64,000 nucleotides of DNA from a virus. Its lineage: Duplodnaviria > Caudoviricetes. The stretch's first letter is position 1; each line of letters begins with the position of its first letter. The notes beneath the pieces are model-generated. The model ran no database searches, was not told the origin of the DNA, and was given only the letters and a program-made list of their open reading frames with translations. Shown piece after piece: positions 49,749 to 59,056 of this stretch. The stretch covers positions 1 to 64,000 of the IMG/VR virus record IMGVR_UViG_3300028833_000110. One strand, 5' to 3'. The position numbers were made by a program, and so were the translations under genes.

Positions 49749-51917
49749 TTATATCAAATCATGCCATAAAGTATGATACTCATATTCACTTATCTCTGTG
49801 ACTTTATTGAAAAATTCCTCTTCATTATCGAACATCAATCGAATAAGATTTAATTCATCATCATTACAAGAGTGATGATTAATCCGATTATTGATAATTG
49901 TAATTCCACTGGCTATTACACAGAATTTTTCTTGTTCAAGTATATTCTTTGTCTCATACTTGGGGTCATGAAGATAATATACCTCATTATCCTTAACATA
50001 CTTTAGATAGCAACATTTCTTCAGTTTTTCTTCTGATTTCGTCTCTAGTAAACTAAGGTCTCGTAATATACCCCTATTTTCTAAATTAAGGCAATGAGTT
50101 ACTTCTTTTCTTACTACATCTATATCTCTTCTTTCAAAATCCCACCGACGACTGTCTTTTGTTTCCCAACAAAAGAAGGTTCCATCAGCATTTTTGTGAA
50201 AATTCTCTATCAACCAGGGTTTTTCATCAATCTCTAACGGGAGGTCTACATCTGGGTTTTCTACTTCTGGGCTTTTTATTACGTTCACTTCCTTAAACCA
50301 TATTTTATCAGGATTAACTGTTTCTGCTCTGAAGAATCGTCTCTCCATACCTTTGGATTCTTCACAAACCTGAAGCATTTCAAACCAATCTCCAACTTTT
50401 ATGCCAAGATCTTTTGCTGTATTAGGTTTGTTTTCGGGAGTAGTTGATTTTATGGAAGATGAGTTTTGAAGGTTGACTTCATTTCTAAGAGTCATGAATT
50501 CTTCTTCTGAGATGACCTCAATCAAACTATGTGTATCATAAAGCAGCTCTTTTCCCGCCGGATAGTCTTTTTCTGTACGGTAATGACAGCTATTTTTGCT
50601 ATCAATGGGAATCTCAAATGCTATTTCTGGATAAAATACTATTGAACTATGTGCTACGTTCATATACACCTTATCCCCTCTTTTTGCCCTGTTAACTTTT
50701 ATACAGGCTGCTACTCCGCTAGTAAGAGGTTTAACTATTATACATTTCCCACTAAAGTCTATACCTTTTTCTAAGAAATTCTCTATTGTCATCAACTTCT
50801 TATTAGGGTTGGGTATCAACATTAGTCGTTTAAATGTCCAATCGATAGTAGTACTCCAACTTCTTAGTGTTTCAAGTACCTCTTCTTTAGATATTTTCTT
50901 AAACTCTATAAAGAGATCTTCTGATTTAAAGTAAATTTTCCCTTCCTCTCTAAAAAAGCTTTCTTTATTCCAGGGTTCACTCTCTATTGATTGGTCAAGT
51001 CTTATATTTCTAGGTCTTACATTTTCCAAGAAAATAGAATCAGTTTCTATTTTACTTACGAAAAAGATACTCTCTAAATCTAGACTACAACAAGTATAGT
51101 ATTCAGTACCCCTCAACCAATCACCAACTTTCAAGTTTAATTCCTCTTTCGGTTCCTCTATTCTTTTCTTTGAAAGAGAATCAGTAGTTGGTTTAGTTTC
51201 AGGTTGTAGTTGATGTTCAATTTCTCTTAGTTTTTCATCATACTCTTCCTTCGTTATTTTCTGACCTCCTATAATACTACCGTCTTTTATTTGAAATTTC
51301 CATTTTATTGCTATTTCTTCTTTTAATTTTTTAGGTATTCCGTTATCTAGTGTGTAATTAAACCCATCACCAGAAATTAGATATCTATCAAATCTAGTTC
51401 CCATATCTAAGCGAGATACAGAAGTTATCTTTACATAATATTCTCTACTTGAATTAAAAGAAGCATTGAAAGGGGAACTATAATGATAATAATCACCAAC
51501 TTTAGGTTCATCCTTAGAAGTAGTTGATTGTTTGGAAGATGATTTTTTCTTACCAACTTCAAAGCACTCTAATATTAGTGAAACACCATTAACCTTCTTA
51601 AGTCGATTCTTTGCCTCATCTTCTCCTATCTTTTTTAGTTTTAGATGATCGTATTTTAGAATATCCTTTACTTTTTTGAAGTTCTTAATTTTATAGTCCC
51701 AACATAATACTTCCGATAGTTCTCCATCATCTATGCCAATCTCCACAAGTATTACGCTTGCCTGATTCAAGGATTTTACCATATAGAAATACTCAAATCC
51801 ATGTTTAGAACCACCAATATCTTCAAACCAATCTCCAACTTTTATGCCAAGGTTAAGAGTTGGTTCTTTCTTCTTATTGTTTTTTCCTCTTCTAAAGTTT
51901 TTATTCTCTTTTTTCAT
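49749..51917 (-). CDS. Multi-module protein with repeated (L)xxKVGD(W/Y) SH3-like domains
   Basis: Four KVGD(W/Y) starts separated by SSxKxTT linkers. Confidence 0.55.
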   Translation of the reverse strand: MKKENKNFRRGKNNKKKEPTLNLGIKVGDWFEDIGGSKHGFEYFYMVKSLNQASVILVEIGIDDGELSEVLCWDYKIKNFKKVKDILKYDHLKLKKIGEDEAKNRLKKVNGVSLILECFEVGKKKSSSKQSTTSKDEPKVGDYYHYSSPFNASFNSSREYYVKITSVSRLDMGTRFDRYLISGDGFNYTLDNGIPKKLKEEIAIKWKFQIKDGSIIGGQKITKEEYDEKLREIEHQLQPETKPTTDSLSKKRIEEPKEELNLKVGDWLRGTEYYTCCSLDLESIFFVSKIETDSIFLENVRPRNIRLDQSIESEPWNKESFFREEGKIYFKSEDLFIEFKKISKEEVLETLRSWSTTIDWTFKRLMLIPNPNKKLMTIENFLEKGIDFSGKCIIVKPLTSGVAACIKVNRAKRGDKVYMNVAHSSIVFYPEIAFEIPIDSKNSCHYRTEKDYPAGKELLYDTHSLIEVISEEEFMTLRNEVNLQNSSSIKSTTPENKPNTAKDLGIKVGDWFEMLQVCEESKGMERRFFRAETVNPDKIWFKEVNVIKSPEVENPDVDLPLEIDEKPWLIENFHKNADGTFFCWETKDSRRWDFERRDIDVVRKEVTHCLNLENRGILRDLSLLETKSEEKLKKCCYLKYVKDNEVYYLHDPKYETKNILEQEKFCVIASGITIINNRINHHSCNDDELNLIRLMFDNEEEFFNKVTEISEYEYHTLWHDLI

Positions 51918-51994
51918 AATATATATAATTTTATAATATATTATATATAAGGAAATAATAACTACTAGAATCGGAACAATTATAACTAATTTTT

Positions 51995-52996
51995 TTATTG
52001 AATTGGATGTATACGACTTTCATATTTACTCCAAACGGGAGTGGCAGATTTGTATGCACTTACACTCTCTGTTGGTACATAAATTGGACAACTACCTGTA
52101 TTAGTAAACACATCTTCACCGAGCCCATCATCTTCTATTGTGGGTGGATTTATTGCTTCACATACTATTGATTCTAGATTAGTACAACCAGTGAATGCAC
52201 AATATCCTATTTCTGTGACTAAACTAGGTATTCTTATTGAAGTTAAACTAGTACACCCATAACACATACTCGATGGTATTGAAGTAACAGAATTAGGGAT
52301 ATTAATAGAGGTTAAGTTAGTACACCCCATAAATACATCCTCCCCAAAACTAGTAACAGAATTAGGAATATTAATAGAGGTTAAACTAACACAATCCTTG
52401 AATACATCCTCCCCAAAACTAGTAACAGAATTAGGAATATTAATAGAAGTTAAATTGGTGCACCCATGAAAAGTCTCATCATCTATTTTTGTATTAGTAA
52501 TGGAATCTGGAATATTAATAGAAGTTAGTTTTTTGCAGAATCGAAAAACTCCAAAACCAATTGAAGTAACAGAATTAGGAATATTAATAGAGGTTAAATT
52601 CGAACAATATTCAAACGAACAATCACCAATACTAGTAACAGAACTTGGAATATTAATAGAAGTTAATCTAGTACACTGAGAGAATACACTGCCTCCAATA
52701 CTAGTAATGGAATCTGGAATGACAACTGAAACTAATTCTTCATTCCAAGAAAATATTTCTGGTATTGATGTTAAAGCTTCTTTAAACTTAATAATACCTT
52801 TACCGTTATTATAGGTATTACTTTTTATTATCTCTGATAGATCAGTAAAGTTTATTGCATTTCCACTAACACTAGTATACCAAATTTCATCATTAGGAGG
52901 TAGTATTATTTGGTTTTTTTTTGTTTTATTTAATATACTCCTAATTCTTAATAGCCAATCTTTTTCGCTATTGTTTAAATAAAGATTCTTATTCAT
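51995..52996 (-). CDS. BspA-type leucine-rich repeat (LRR_5) protein
   Basis: About 8 repeats of CxxLTSINIPNSVTSIGxxxF. Confidence 0.9.
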   Translation of the reverse strand: MNKNLYLNNSEKDWLLRIRSILNKTKKNQIILPPNDEIWYTSVSGNAINFTDLSEIIKSNTYNNGKGIIKFKEALTSIPEIFSWNEELVSVVIPDSITSIGGSVFSQCTRLTSINIPSSVTSIGDCSFEYCSNLTSINIPNSVTSIGFGVFRFCKKLTSINIPDSITNTKIDDETFHGCTNLTSINIPNSVTSFGEDVFKDCVSLTSINIPNSVTSFGEDVFMGCTNLTSINIPNSVTSIPSSMCYGCTSLTSIRIPSLVTEIGYCAFTGCTNLESIVCEAINPPTIEDDGLGEDVFTNTGSCPIYVPTESVSAYKSATPVWSKYESRIHPIQ

Positions 52997-53016
52997 ATTT
53001 ATTTTATTATACGTTT

Positions 53017-53059
53017 AACATACAGGGAAAGTTTACTTACTATCCCCCTCCTGTATGTT
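53017..53059 (-). repeat. 5'-leader hairpin element C
   Basis: Copy of 14551..14595, upstream of the LRR gene. Confidence 0.6.
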
Positions 53060-53174
53060 ATTTTTTTTAATGGGAGATAGATTTTTATTTATGCGTGGTG
53101 AGACTTGGTGCAAAAATTCTAGTCTTGGGTTATGGTTCTAAGACTAAAACTCCTGCACCAAATATTCCCCGCGC

Positions 53175-55368
53175 TTAGAACAGATTATTTAACATGCCCT
53201 GGAATATTTTTTGGGTTTCTTCTAGGGCGGATGATGTTTGAGAGGAGAATGATTGAATAGTTTTGCTTACTCCACCATTCATTCCTAGTTCTTGATATTT
53301 AGAATAGTGATAGTAGCAATTGAAGAGAGCACCAGAAACAGCATCAGCAAGGTCTTTACTCCCCTCTAGCTTATTCCCTTCCATTCCCGCATGATCAAAC
53401 TCATAACAACTTGAAACTAAGGGGTGATCTATTTTACAATGCTCTCCGTTAACTCCATTATAAGTCACTAATAGCTCACTACATTCTCGTAAAAGTATGT
53501 TGATATAAGGAAGCTCTAATCTTTCTGAATTTACTATATTCTTAAAGACGTTATAAGCCTCCATAGTTTTATCTACGGAAAGGGGTCTGTAGGGAATTCC
53601 ATCTCTTTCAGCATTTTGTAAGATTCCGGCACTAGCAAAAGAGTCAGCACTAAACTCGACGATATATCCATTTTTCACTAAGTCTTGTAAAAATTGATAG
53701 AGGTGGTCTAGTGATGTAGCCTGTCCCTTCTTTCTGGAAACAACAAATGCTAATGGAACTTTGAATTTGGGAAGTGTATATTCTCCTACTTGTTTTTCCC
53801 CATCATAATAACATAAAGCTATCCCAGTTTTATCCTTCTTCAATCCTATATCATAATGTACATATAGTGAAGTGCCTCGTGGAATTCTGTAGATCATATT
53901 TTCGACATGAGAATATATACTATCTTCCTTATCATAAAAATCGACTATAATTTCCTCGGGACTGTAATTCTTTAGGGTTGAGCAGTTTATGAGATGAGAT
54001 ATATTACCGTTGAAGAATCTCTCATCGCCGCTATAAGATACTCCCGCTAAGTCTCTAAGATTTCGGATTGGGTCGGCCAGGAATTTAAATTTGGCAGAGA
54101 TGGGAACATTAATCACTCTGTCAGGATCTAATCCAGATTTCTCCAGATCTTCGGAGTCTTCGATCACGCGGGGACCTGTAATATTATCTCCTTTATAGAA
54201 CCTAAAAGTCTTACCATTAGACTCAAGGTATAGTGGATCATAACGTATATCCCATTGTGCAAATCTACAGCGGTATAATTCCTCTGGGGGAACGAGAGAT
54301 TCAAACTTAGTAACAGCAATATTATCCGGGTCCCTCGCTGAGCTGTCACAAACTACATGTCCATAAACAAATCTTTTATCAGCAAAACGAGAATCATAAC
54401 GAGTCACAACTTCTGAAGCTCGAGCAGCCCCCTCCGAGGACCTCCAGAAGCCCAGCTCTGATAAACAGGCATATATCAAATTTCTTATTTTATAATAATT
54501 TTTTATTATATTAGACTATATCTTGTATTAAAACAGTATATACATAGTCTTTGAACTACTTTAAATTAAAGTAGCTGCTGATTTAATATATTAATTATTT
54601 CCAGCAATTCTTATACTATGAGCAAACTTTTTACTCCGATGACATGACTCCCGCTAGAAGGACCCGAGGGGATAAAACGAATGGGTGGTTTATGATAAGG
54701 ACTTCTAAAATAAGGACTTGTATCAAACACTAAGTCAACATAATTTTTGAAGTCTCTTTTGGCAGTCTCGAAAGAATTGTGAAAGAAAGCCATTCCTAGT
54801 TTACTGTTCGCAATCCCAAGAGACTTAAATACATTTGTACAGCAATCCAATCTATGGTAAGTATAGAGTGCTAGGATCTTACTGATAGTTGATTTTCCAA
54901 GTCCACAGTTTTATAATATTTCTATTATGATAAGACTATATCTTCTTTCGTATATACACATAGTCGTTGAATAAGATACATAATTATCTTACTGCTAGTT
55001 TAAATCGGAATTTGTTTCTAGCAATTCTTATATAGGCCGCTGGACTTTCTGTTAACGGCACCCCCAAGAGAAATCCAGGGGTATTTTGTAGTAATTGAAT
55101 TTGGATAAATCTTTTCTAATTCAGCATACCATGGATCAAATAATGCTTTTCCATGATTAAATAAGTTATCATCTCCCATAAAATAATCATCACATATAAA
55201 TCTTCTTATAGTCACTGGTTTATGATCCATCCCCAGTAATTTACACGCTGCTAATATTTTCTCCTCATTAGAAAGTTTATTATATTCAGATTCAAGTATG
55301 TTTTGGTTTATATCTGATGAAATAGAAAGAGTAGGATCATCACCTATATTTATATTACTGTTTTTCAT
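53175..55368 (-). CDS. terL: Terminase large subunit, three exons (55368-55055, 54905-54633, 54483-53175; 631 aa spliced)
   Basis: Splicing restores Walker A GGAVGLGKST and Walker B-like LIYACLSE; nuclease motifs HYDIGLKKDKTG and SKDLADA. Confidence 0.85.
54484..54632 (-). mobile_element. Miniature group I intron 2 (149 nt)
   Basis: Exon GAGU pairs with IGS GCUC; P10 AAGUUU/AAAUUU; P AAUUGCUGGAAA, Q AAUCAGCAG, R UUCAAAGACUA, S AAGAUAUAGUC; terminal G. Confidence 0.88.
54906..55054 (-). mobile_element. Miniature group I intron 1 (149 nt)
   Basis: Exon GCCGU pairs with IGS GCGGC; P10 AAGUCCA/UGGACUU; P AAUUGCUAGAAA, Q AACUAGCAG, R UUCAACGACUA, S AAGAUAUAGUC; P9 GAAA loop; terminal G. Confidence 0.9.
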
Positions 55369-56662
55369 ATTCTTCTACTTTTTTAGGTTCTATTATGGGA
55401 ATGATGGAGCTAATGTCTTCCCCATATATCAATATCTTTTGTATTATGTCGAAAATATCATTAAATTCTTTTATATTGTATGGTATAACGATTAATTTTA
55501 TCGATTTCCTCTCACAATACTCTTTTATAGCATCGTCTCGTAATAATTGTTTAGAATAGTCTTCAATAGACCTTTGAAAGTCGTGATCCCAGAAATAATG
55601 TTGAGATCCATTATATTCAATTATATAAGTAGATCCTTTATAGTTTTCTAAGTAAAAATCAACATAAACCCTTTTTTGAACATTAACTAATTCAAACATT
55701 TCCTCACTATCAATCCGAAACTGAGGTGTATATTCAATTCCTAAATTATCTAATACATGAGCTACATGTTTCTCTCCTCTAGACTTAACTCGATCGAAGT
55801 TAAATATGCCTCGTAATAAATTTCCTGCTGGTACAGAGTATTCCTTACCTGTTCTACGATCTATTACTATTACATTAGTATCTCTTCCAACACGACTATT
55901 GGATCTTAAATAAACCGCCTTTGATAAATCTATTATATCTCCGTAAATTTCCCTAACCCTTTCTTCAAACTCTTCTTGCGATATAGCATTCTGTCTTCCT
56001 ACGGATAATCTAGCACAATTTGGGCATTGTCCAGTTCCATAATAATGCTCTCCGGGCATCTGTTCAAAAAACTCTCCACAAGTAAGACACTGAAGACGTA
56101 CTTTAGTATGATTATTAACATACTTTGTTTCACTATATCCAAATCTACCTGGAAACTTCTCCTTTGATCTTCTTATGAATTCTTCAGTGTCTACATATTG
56201 TTCTGTTTTTTCTTTAGATAACATTCCCGCACATTGCCTGTTTTCATCTAATACTACTACAAGATCATGATAACTTGTTTCCCACTCTCCTATTACTTTA
56301 TTTGTTTTAGTAGATACCTCATCTACATAAATAGGTACATTAGTCTTTTTGTTTCTTATAATATCTGGAACATTACTGAAGTCATAATTAAAAATTCTTT
56401 TATTCTCAATTTCCCTAGAGTTATAATATCCTTCTATAAAATCCTCTTTCAGGATTATACCTTTTCCAATAGACCATCTTAATCCATCTTCTTTTATGTG
56501 TTTGAGAACAAATTGTTTAGTATGTCTGTGTTTATCAGTGGCATTAGAAAACCACCTTAATCTCTTCTCTACTCTCTCCACACTAACTCCTAATTCTTTA
56601 GCTACACCTTCGACCGTGTACTTTTCTTCAAATGGAAATTCTTCTCTTTTACCGTTTTGCAT
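55355..56662 (-). CDS. Free-standing homing endonuclease-like protein, paralog of 12355..13662
   Basis: FIRRSKEKF..RFGYS..KY...CLTC...CPNC; SRGE...DFYL...IEYNGSQHY...RD. Confidence 0.75.
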   Translation of the reverse strand: MQNGKREEFPFEEKYTVEGVAKELGVSVERVEKRLRWFSNATDKHRHTKQFVLKHIKEDGLRWSIGKGIILKEDFIEGYYNSREIENKRIFNYDFSNVPDIIRNKKTNVPIYVDEVSTKTNKVIGEWETSYHDLVVVLDENRQCAGMLSKEKTEQYVDTEEFIRRSKEKFPGRFGYSETKYVNNHTKVRLQCLTCGEFFEQMPGEHYYGTGQCPNCARLSVGRQNAISQEEFEERVREIYGDIIDLSKAVYLRSNSRVGRDTNVIVIDRRTGKEYSVPAGNLLRGIFNFDRVKSRGEKHVAHVLDNLGIEYTPQFRIDSEEMFELVNVQKRVYVDFYLENYKGSTYIIEYNGSQHYFWDHDFQRSIEDYSKQLLRDDAIKEYCERKSIKLIVIPYNIKEFNDIFDIIQKILIYGEDISSIIPIIEPKKVEEYEKQ

Positions 56663-56828
56663 AATCTTACTTTAACTGCTTCCCGAGATATGTTATTATT
56701 CTTATCTTATTCATTTTATTTCTAGCATGTTTAAAAATGTGAGGAGTACTTAAGGTAGCTATTCTTGTTCCTCCTCACCCTTAAGATTATGCTAGAACGG
56801 GTTTTATCTCTTCGTCAGTTTTCCTTAG

Positions 56829-56879
56829 ATCTCGCAGTGTAATCGAATACTACATCCCCTACCTATGATGCTGCGAGAT
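56829..56879 (-). ncRNA. Three-way-junction motif A, copy 3
   Basis: AUCUCGCAG-CAUC..GAUG-UAGUAUUCGAUUACA-CUGCGAGAU. Confidence 0.6.
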
Positions 56880-56898
56880 TATAACCGCGCATATTCTT

Positions 56899-57342
56899 TT
56901 ACGCTTTTATTCCTTTCTTGATTAGACTTTTTGGATTAAGCTTTTTTTTCAATTTCCATTTTCTATCTTCATTCAATAGTCTTAAACCGTTATAATCATT
57001 AGAACTCTTTAGTTTATTGTACCTAGCATCATAATTATAAGTGTTTTTTTTCACGTAATCTTTATCAAATCTTTCCTGTCTTACTCCTCTTTCTGGTGTA
57101 AACTCTATATCTCCACGATCTCGTGATCTAGCATTATGTATAGCAAGATCTTGCATATTACGCAAATCACCTCTTTTCGTCTTATTATCAATAGGCTCTC
57201 TTAGTTTATCTAAAAAACTTGAATCCACCGGCATACCCGCATTTTCGTGTTCTTTTATATCATCCTCTATAAATTCTTTAAGGTAATCTATGTTTTTCTT
57301 ACCCTTCTTACGAGCAAATTCTTTTTGTCTTAGTATTATCAT
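56899..57342 (-). CDS. Leader-bearing basic protein
   Basis: MIILRQKEFA; preceded by hairpin element C (57355..57398). Confidence 0.6.
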   Translation of the reverse strand: MIILRQKEFARKKGKKNIDYLKEFIEDDIKEHENAGMPVDSSFLDKLREPIDNKTKRGDLRNMQDLAIHNARSRDRGDIEFTPERGVRQERFDKDYVKKNTYNYDARYNKLKSSNDYNGLRLLNEDRKWKLKKKLNPKSLIKKGIKA

Positions 57343-57512
57343 TATTTATCATTCAACATACAGGGAAAATTTAACTTACTACCCCCCCCCTATATGTTAT
57401 TTTTTTTACAAATGGAAGGTAGTTGATTTATTATTTATTATTAATCCCACAACAAACTAGGGATGAAAATTAAGTGATAATCATTTCAATATTACTTTCT
57501 ACTCTGATTATT

Positions 57513-58010
57513 TCATAGCCTCTCAATTTCTTTACATATTTTTTTAGCTAAGTCTCTTTGGTTTCCAGGTTCAAAATCTTCTGGGGAAAAATATCCCTTC
57601 ATTATTTCTTTAGGGTCTACTTTTTCAAACTTCTTTATAAATAATCCCTTCTTCACATACCACTCTTTTCCTGATACATCACACCATAATTTAGCGGCGA
57701 TCTCAGAATATCCAAATTCCTCTGCTGTATCTAAGTTATCATAGAAAAGGCACACATATTCTTTCCCATCCTTTTCTTCTGTATATGGTCCCTCAGGAAA
57801 CTTTTCTGGTTCGAATACAATGGCAGCATGTATTAATTCTTCTTCTTCCGTAAGTTCTGAAAATTCTTTGATAAGGGGATTAATTTTATCTAGGAACTCA
57901 ACATAAAGGGAAGGGTAATTCAAGGCTTTAAGTTTTTTTATCTCATCATTCCCAACTACAATTCCAGTATGATGTCTCCAAGCAAACTCTTTTTGTCGTA
58001 GTATCTTCAT
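57513..58010 (-). CDS. Leader-bearing protein, possible SMI1/KNR4-like domain
   Basis: MKILRQKEFA; LNYPSLYVEFL. Confidence 0.5.
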   Translation of the reverse strand: MKILRQKEFAWRHHTGIVVGNDEIKKLKALNYPSLYVEFLDKINPLIKEFSELTEEEELIHAAIVFEPEKFPEGPYTEEKDGKEYVCLFYDNLDTAEEFGYSEIAAKLWCDVSGKEWYVKKGLFIKKFEKVDPKEIMKGYFSPEDFEPGNQRDLAKKICKEIERL

Positions 58011-58315
58011 AGCTTTAATTTTTTAGTTTGTCTCTTTATCATCTCTTCTTCCTGCCGGTTGAAGGTGTCTGTATTCGCTAGTCTTTGTTCTGGAGTTAGT
58101 TTTTCTGTATTCTTTCCTGCCCCTAATATATTAACTCTTGCCTTTCCCACATTTTTAGCTCTTCTCGCCTGTCTTCTTCTTTTTCTTTCTATCTTTCCCT
58201 CAAGAGCATCAGTAACCCTAGCTCGTTCAAGATCGCTTAATTCACTTCCCTTTTTATGAATAAACCTGGAAATAGCTTCATGATAAGAGTAATTATTTTG
58301 TCTCAGTATTTTCAT
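58007..58315 (-). CDS. Leader-bearing Arg-rich protein
   Basis: MKILRQNNYS. Confidence 0.6.
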   Translation of the reverse strand: MKILRQNNYSYHEAISRFIHKKGSELSDLERARVTDALEGKIERKRRRQARRAKNVGKARVNILGAGKNTEKLTPEQRLANTDTFNRQEEEMIKRQTKKLKL

Positions 58316-58742
58316 TATCTCTACTCCTTCTTTTTTTCTTAGTTATTTTATCGTAAGCTATTCCTCCAGCTGTGGCTCCAATAACAGTAGCTGGTAAAAT
58401 AAACTTTGATCTATGTTTAAGAACTGCGTTTTTTCCAGCCTCTTTACTTTTACTTATTGCCTCTTTTTCATACATTTTTTTCAGTTGTTCTACTTGAGAA
58501 ATTGAATCTTTATCTGTTAACTCTTGTGCCAACCCTATATTTTTTTTTATTCGTTCTAGTCTATCGTTTAAATCTTTATTGTAGTTCTTATTAAATACTT
58601 CATCTTTTCCTTTCTCAGATAAAGCATAACCACCAACAGCACCAATTCCAGCACCGACAGCCGAAGAACTAGCTATTCCAATTTTATTAGCTAGACCCTT
58701 CTTTTCTTTTTTCTGCTCTTGTTCTTTTCTCTTTATTTTCAT
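58293..58742 (-). CDS. Glycine-zipper protein
   Basis: MKIKRK; AVGAGIGAVGG and VIGATAGG. Confidence 0.6.
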   Translation of the reverse strand: MKIKRKEQEQKKEKKGLANKIGIASSSAVGAGIGAVGGYALSEKGKDEVFNKNYNKDLNDRLERIKKNIGLAQELTDKDSISQVEQLKKMYEKEAISKSKEAGKNAVLKHRSKFILPATVIGATAGGIAYDKITKKKRRSRDNENTETK

Positions 58743-59056
58743 TTTTTTAATATTAATCTGTCTCCTGTAATTCCTTTGTAGTCCTTTGGTATATTTTCTT
58801 CTCCACCAAAAATAGAATAAGCATTAGTTCCTTTACTAATCTTTTCTCCTCCCCCATGATCTCCAAGTGTTAAACCTGGAAAATCTGGATCTATACCCTC
58901 CGAACTATCTAAGAATTCATCATGTATCTTTTTAAGCTGATTTAAAGTACTAAGTGTATATCCTTCTATATTATCAGCTTTTACGAACTTATTTAAATAA
59001 AATTTTAGATCCATCAATTGGGCAATTGTTATAGAGGTCTCGAAAAAAGTCGACAA
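58739..59056 (-). CDS. Possible baseplate hub assembly partner (T4 gp51-like position)
   Basis: Directly follows the gp26-like gene; positional inference. Confidence 0.35.
   Translation of the reverse strand: MSTFFETSITIAQLMDLKFYLNKFVKADNIEGYTLSTLNQLKKIHDEFLDSSEGIDPDFPGLTLGDHGGGEKISKGTNAYSIFGGEENIPKDYKGITGDRLILKK

Noticed and set aside
52200-52720. Diversity-generating retroelement TR/VR pair in the LRR repeats or leader duplications
   Set aside because: No reverse transcriptase in the window, and I saw no adenine-specific pattern in the differences between copies.
53175-55368. Terminase as a frameshifted pseudogene or three separate proteins
   Set aside because: Both gaps have complete group I hallmarks, and precise removal restores the frame and the ATPase motifs.
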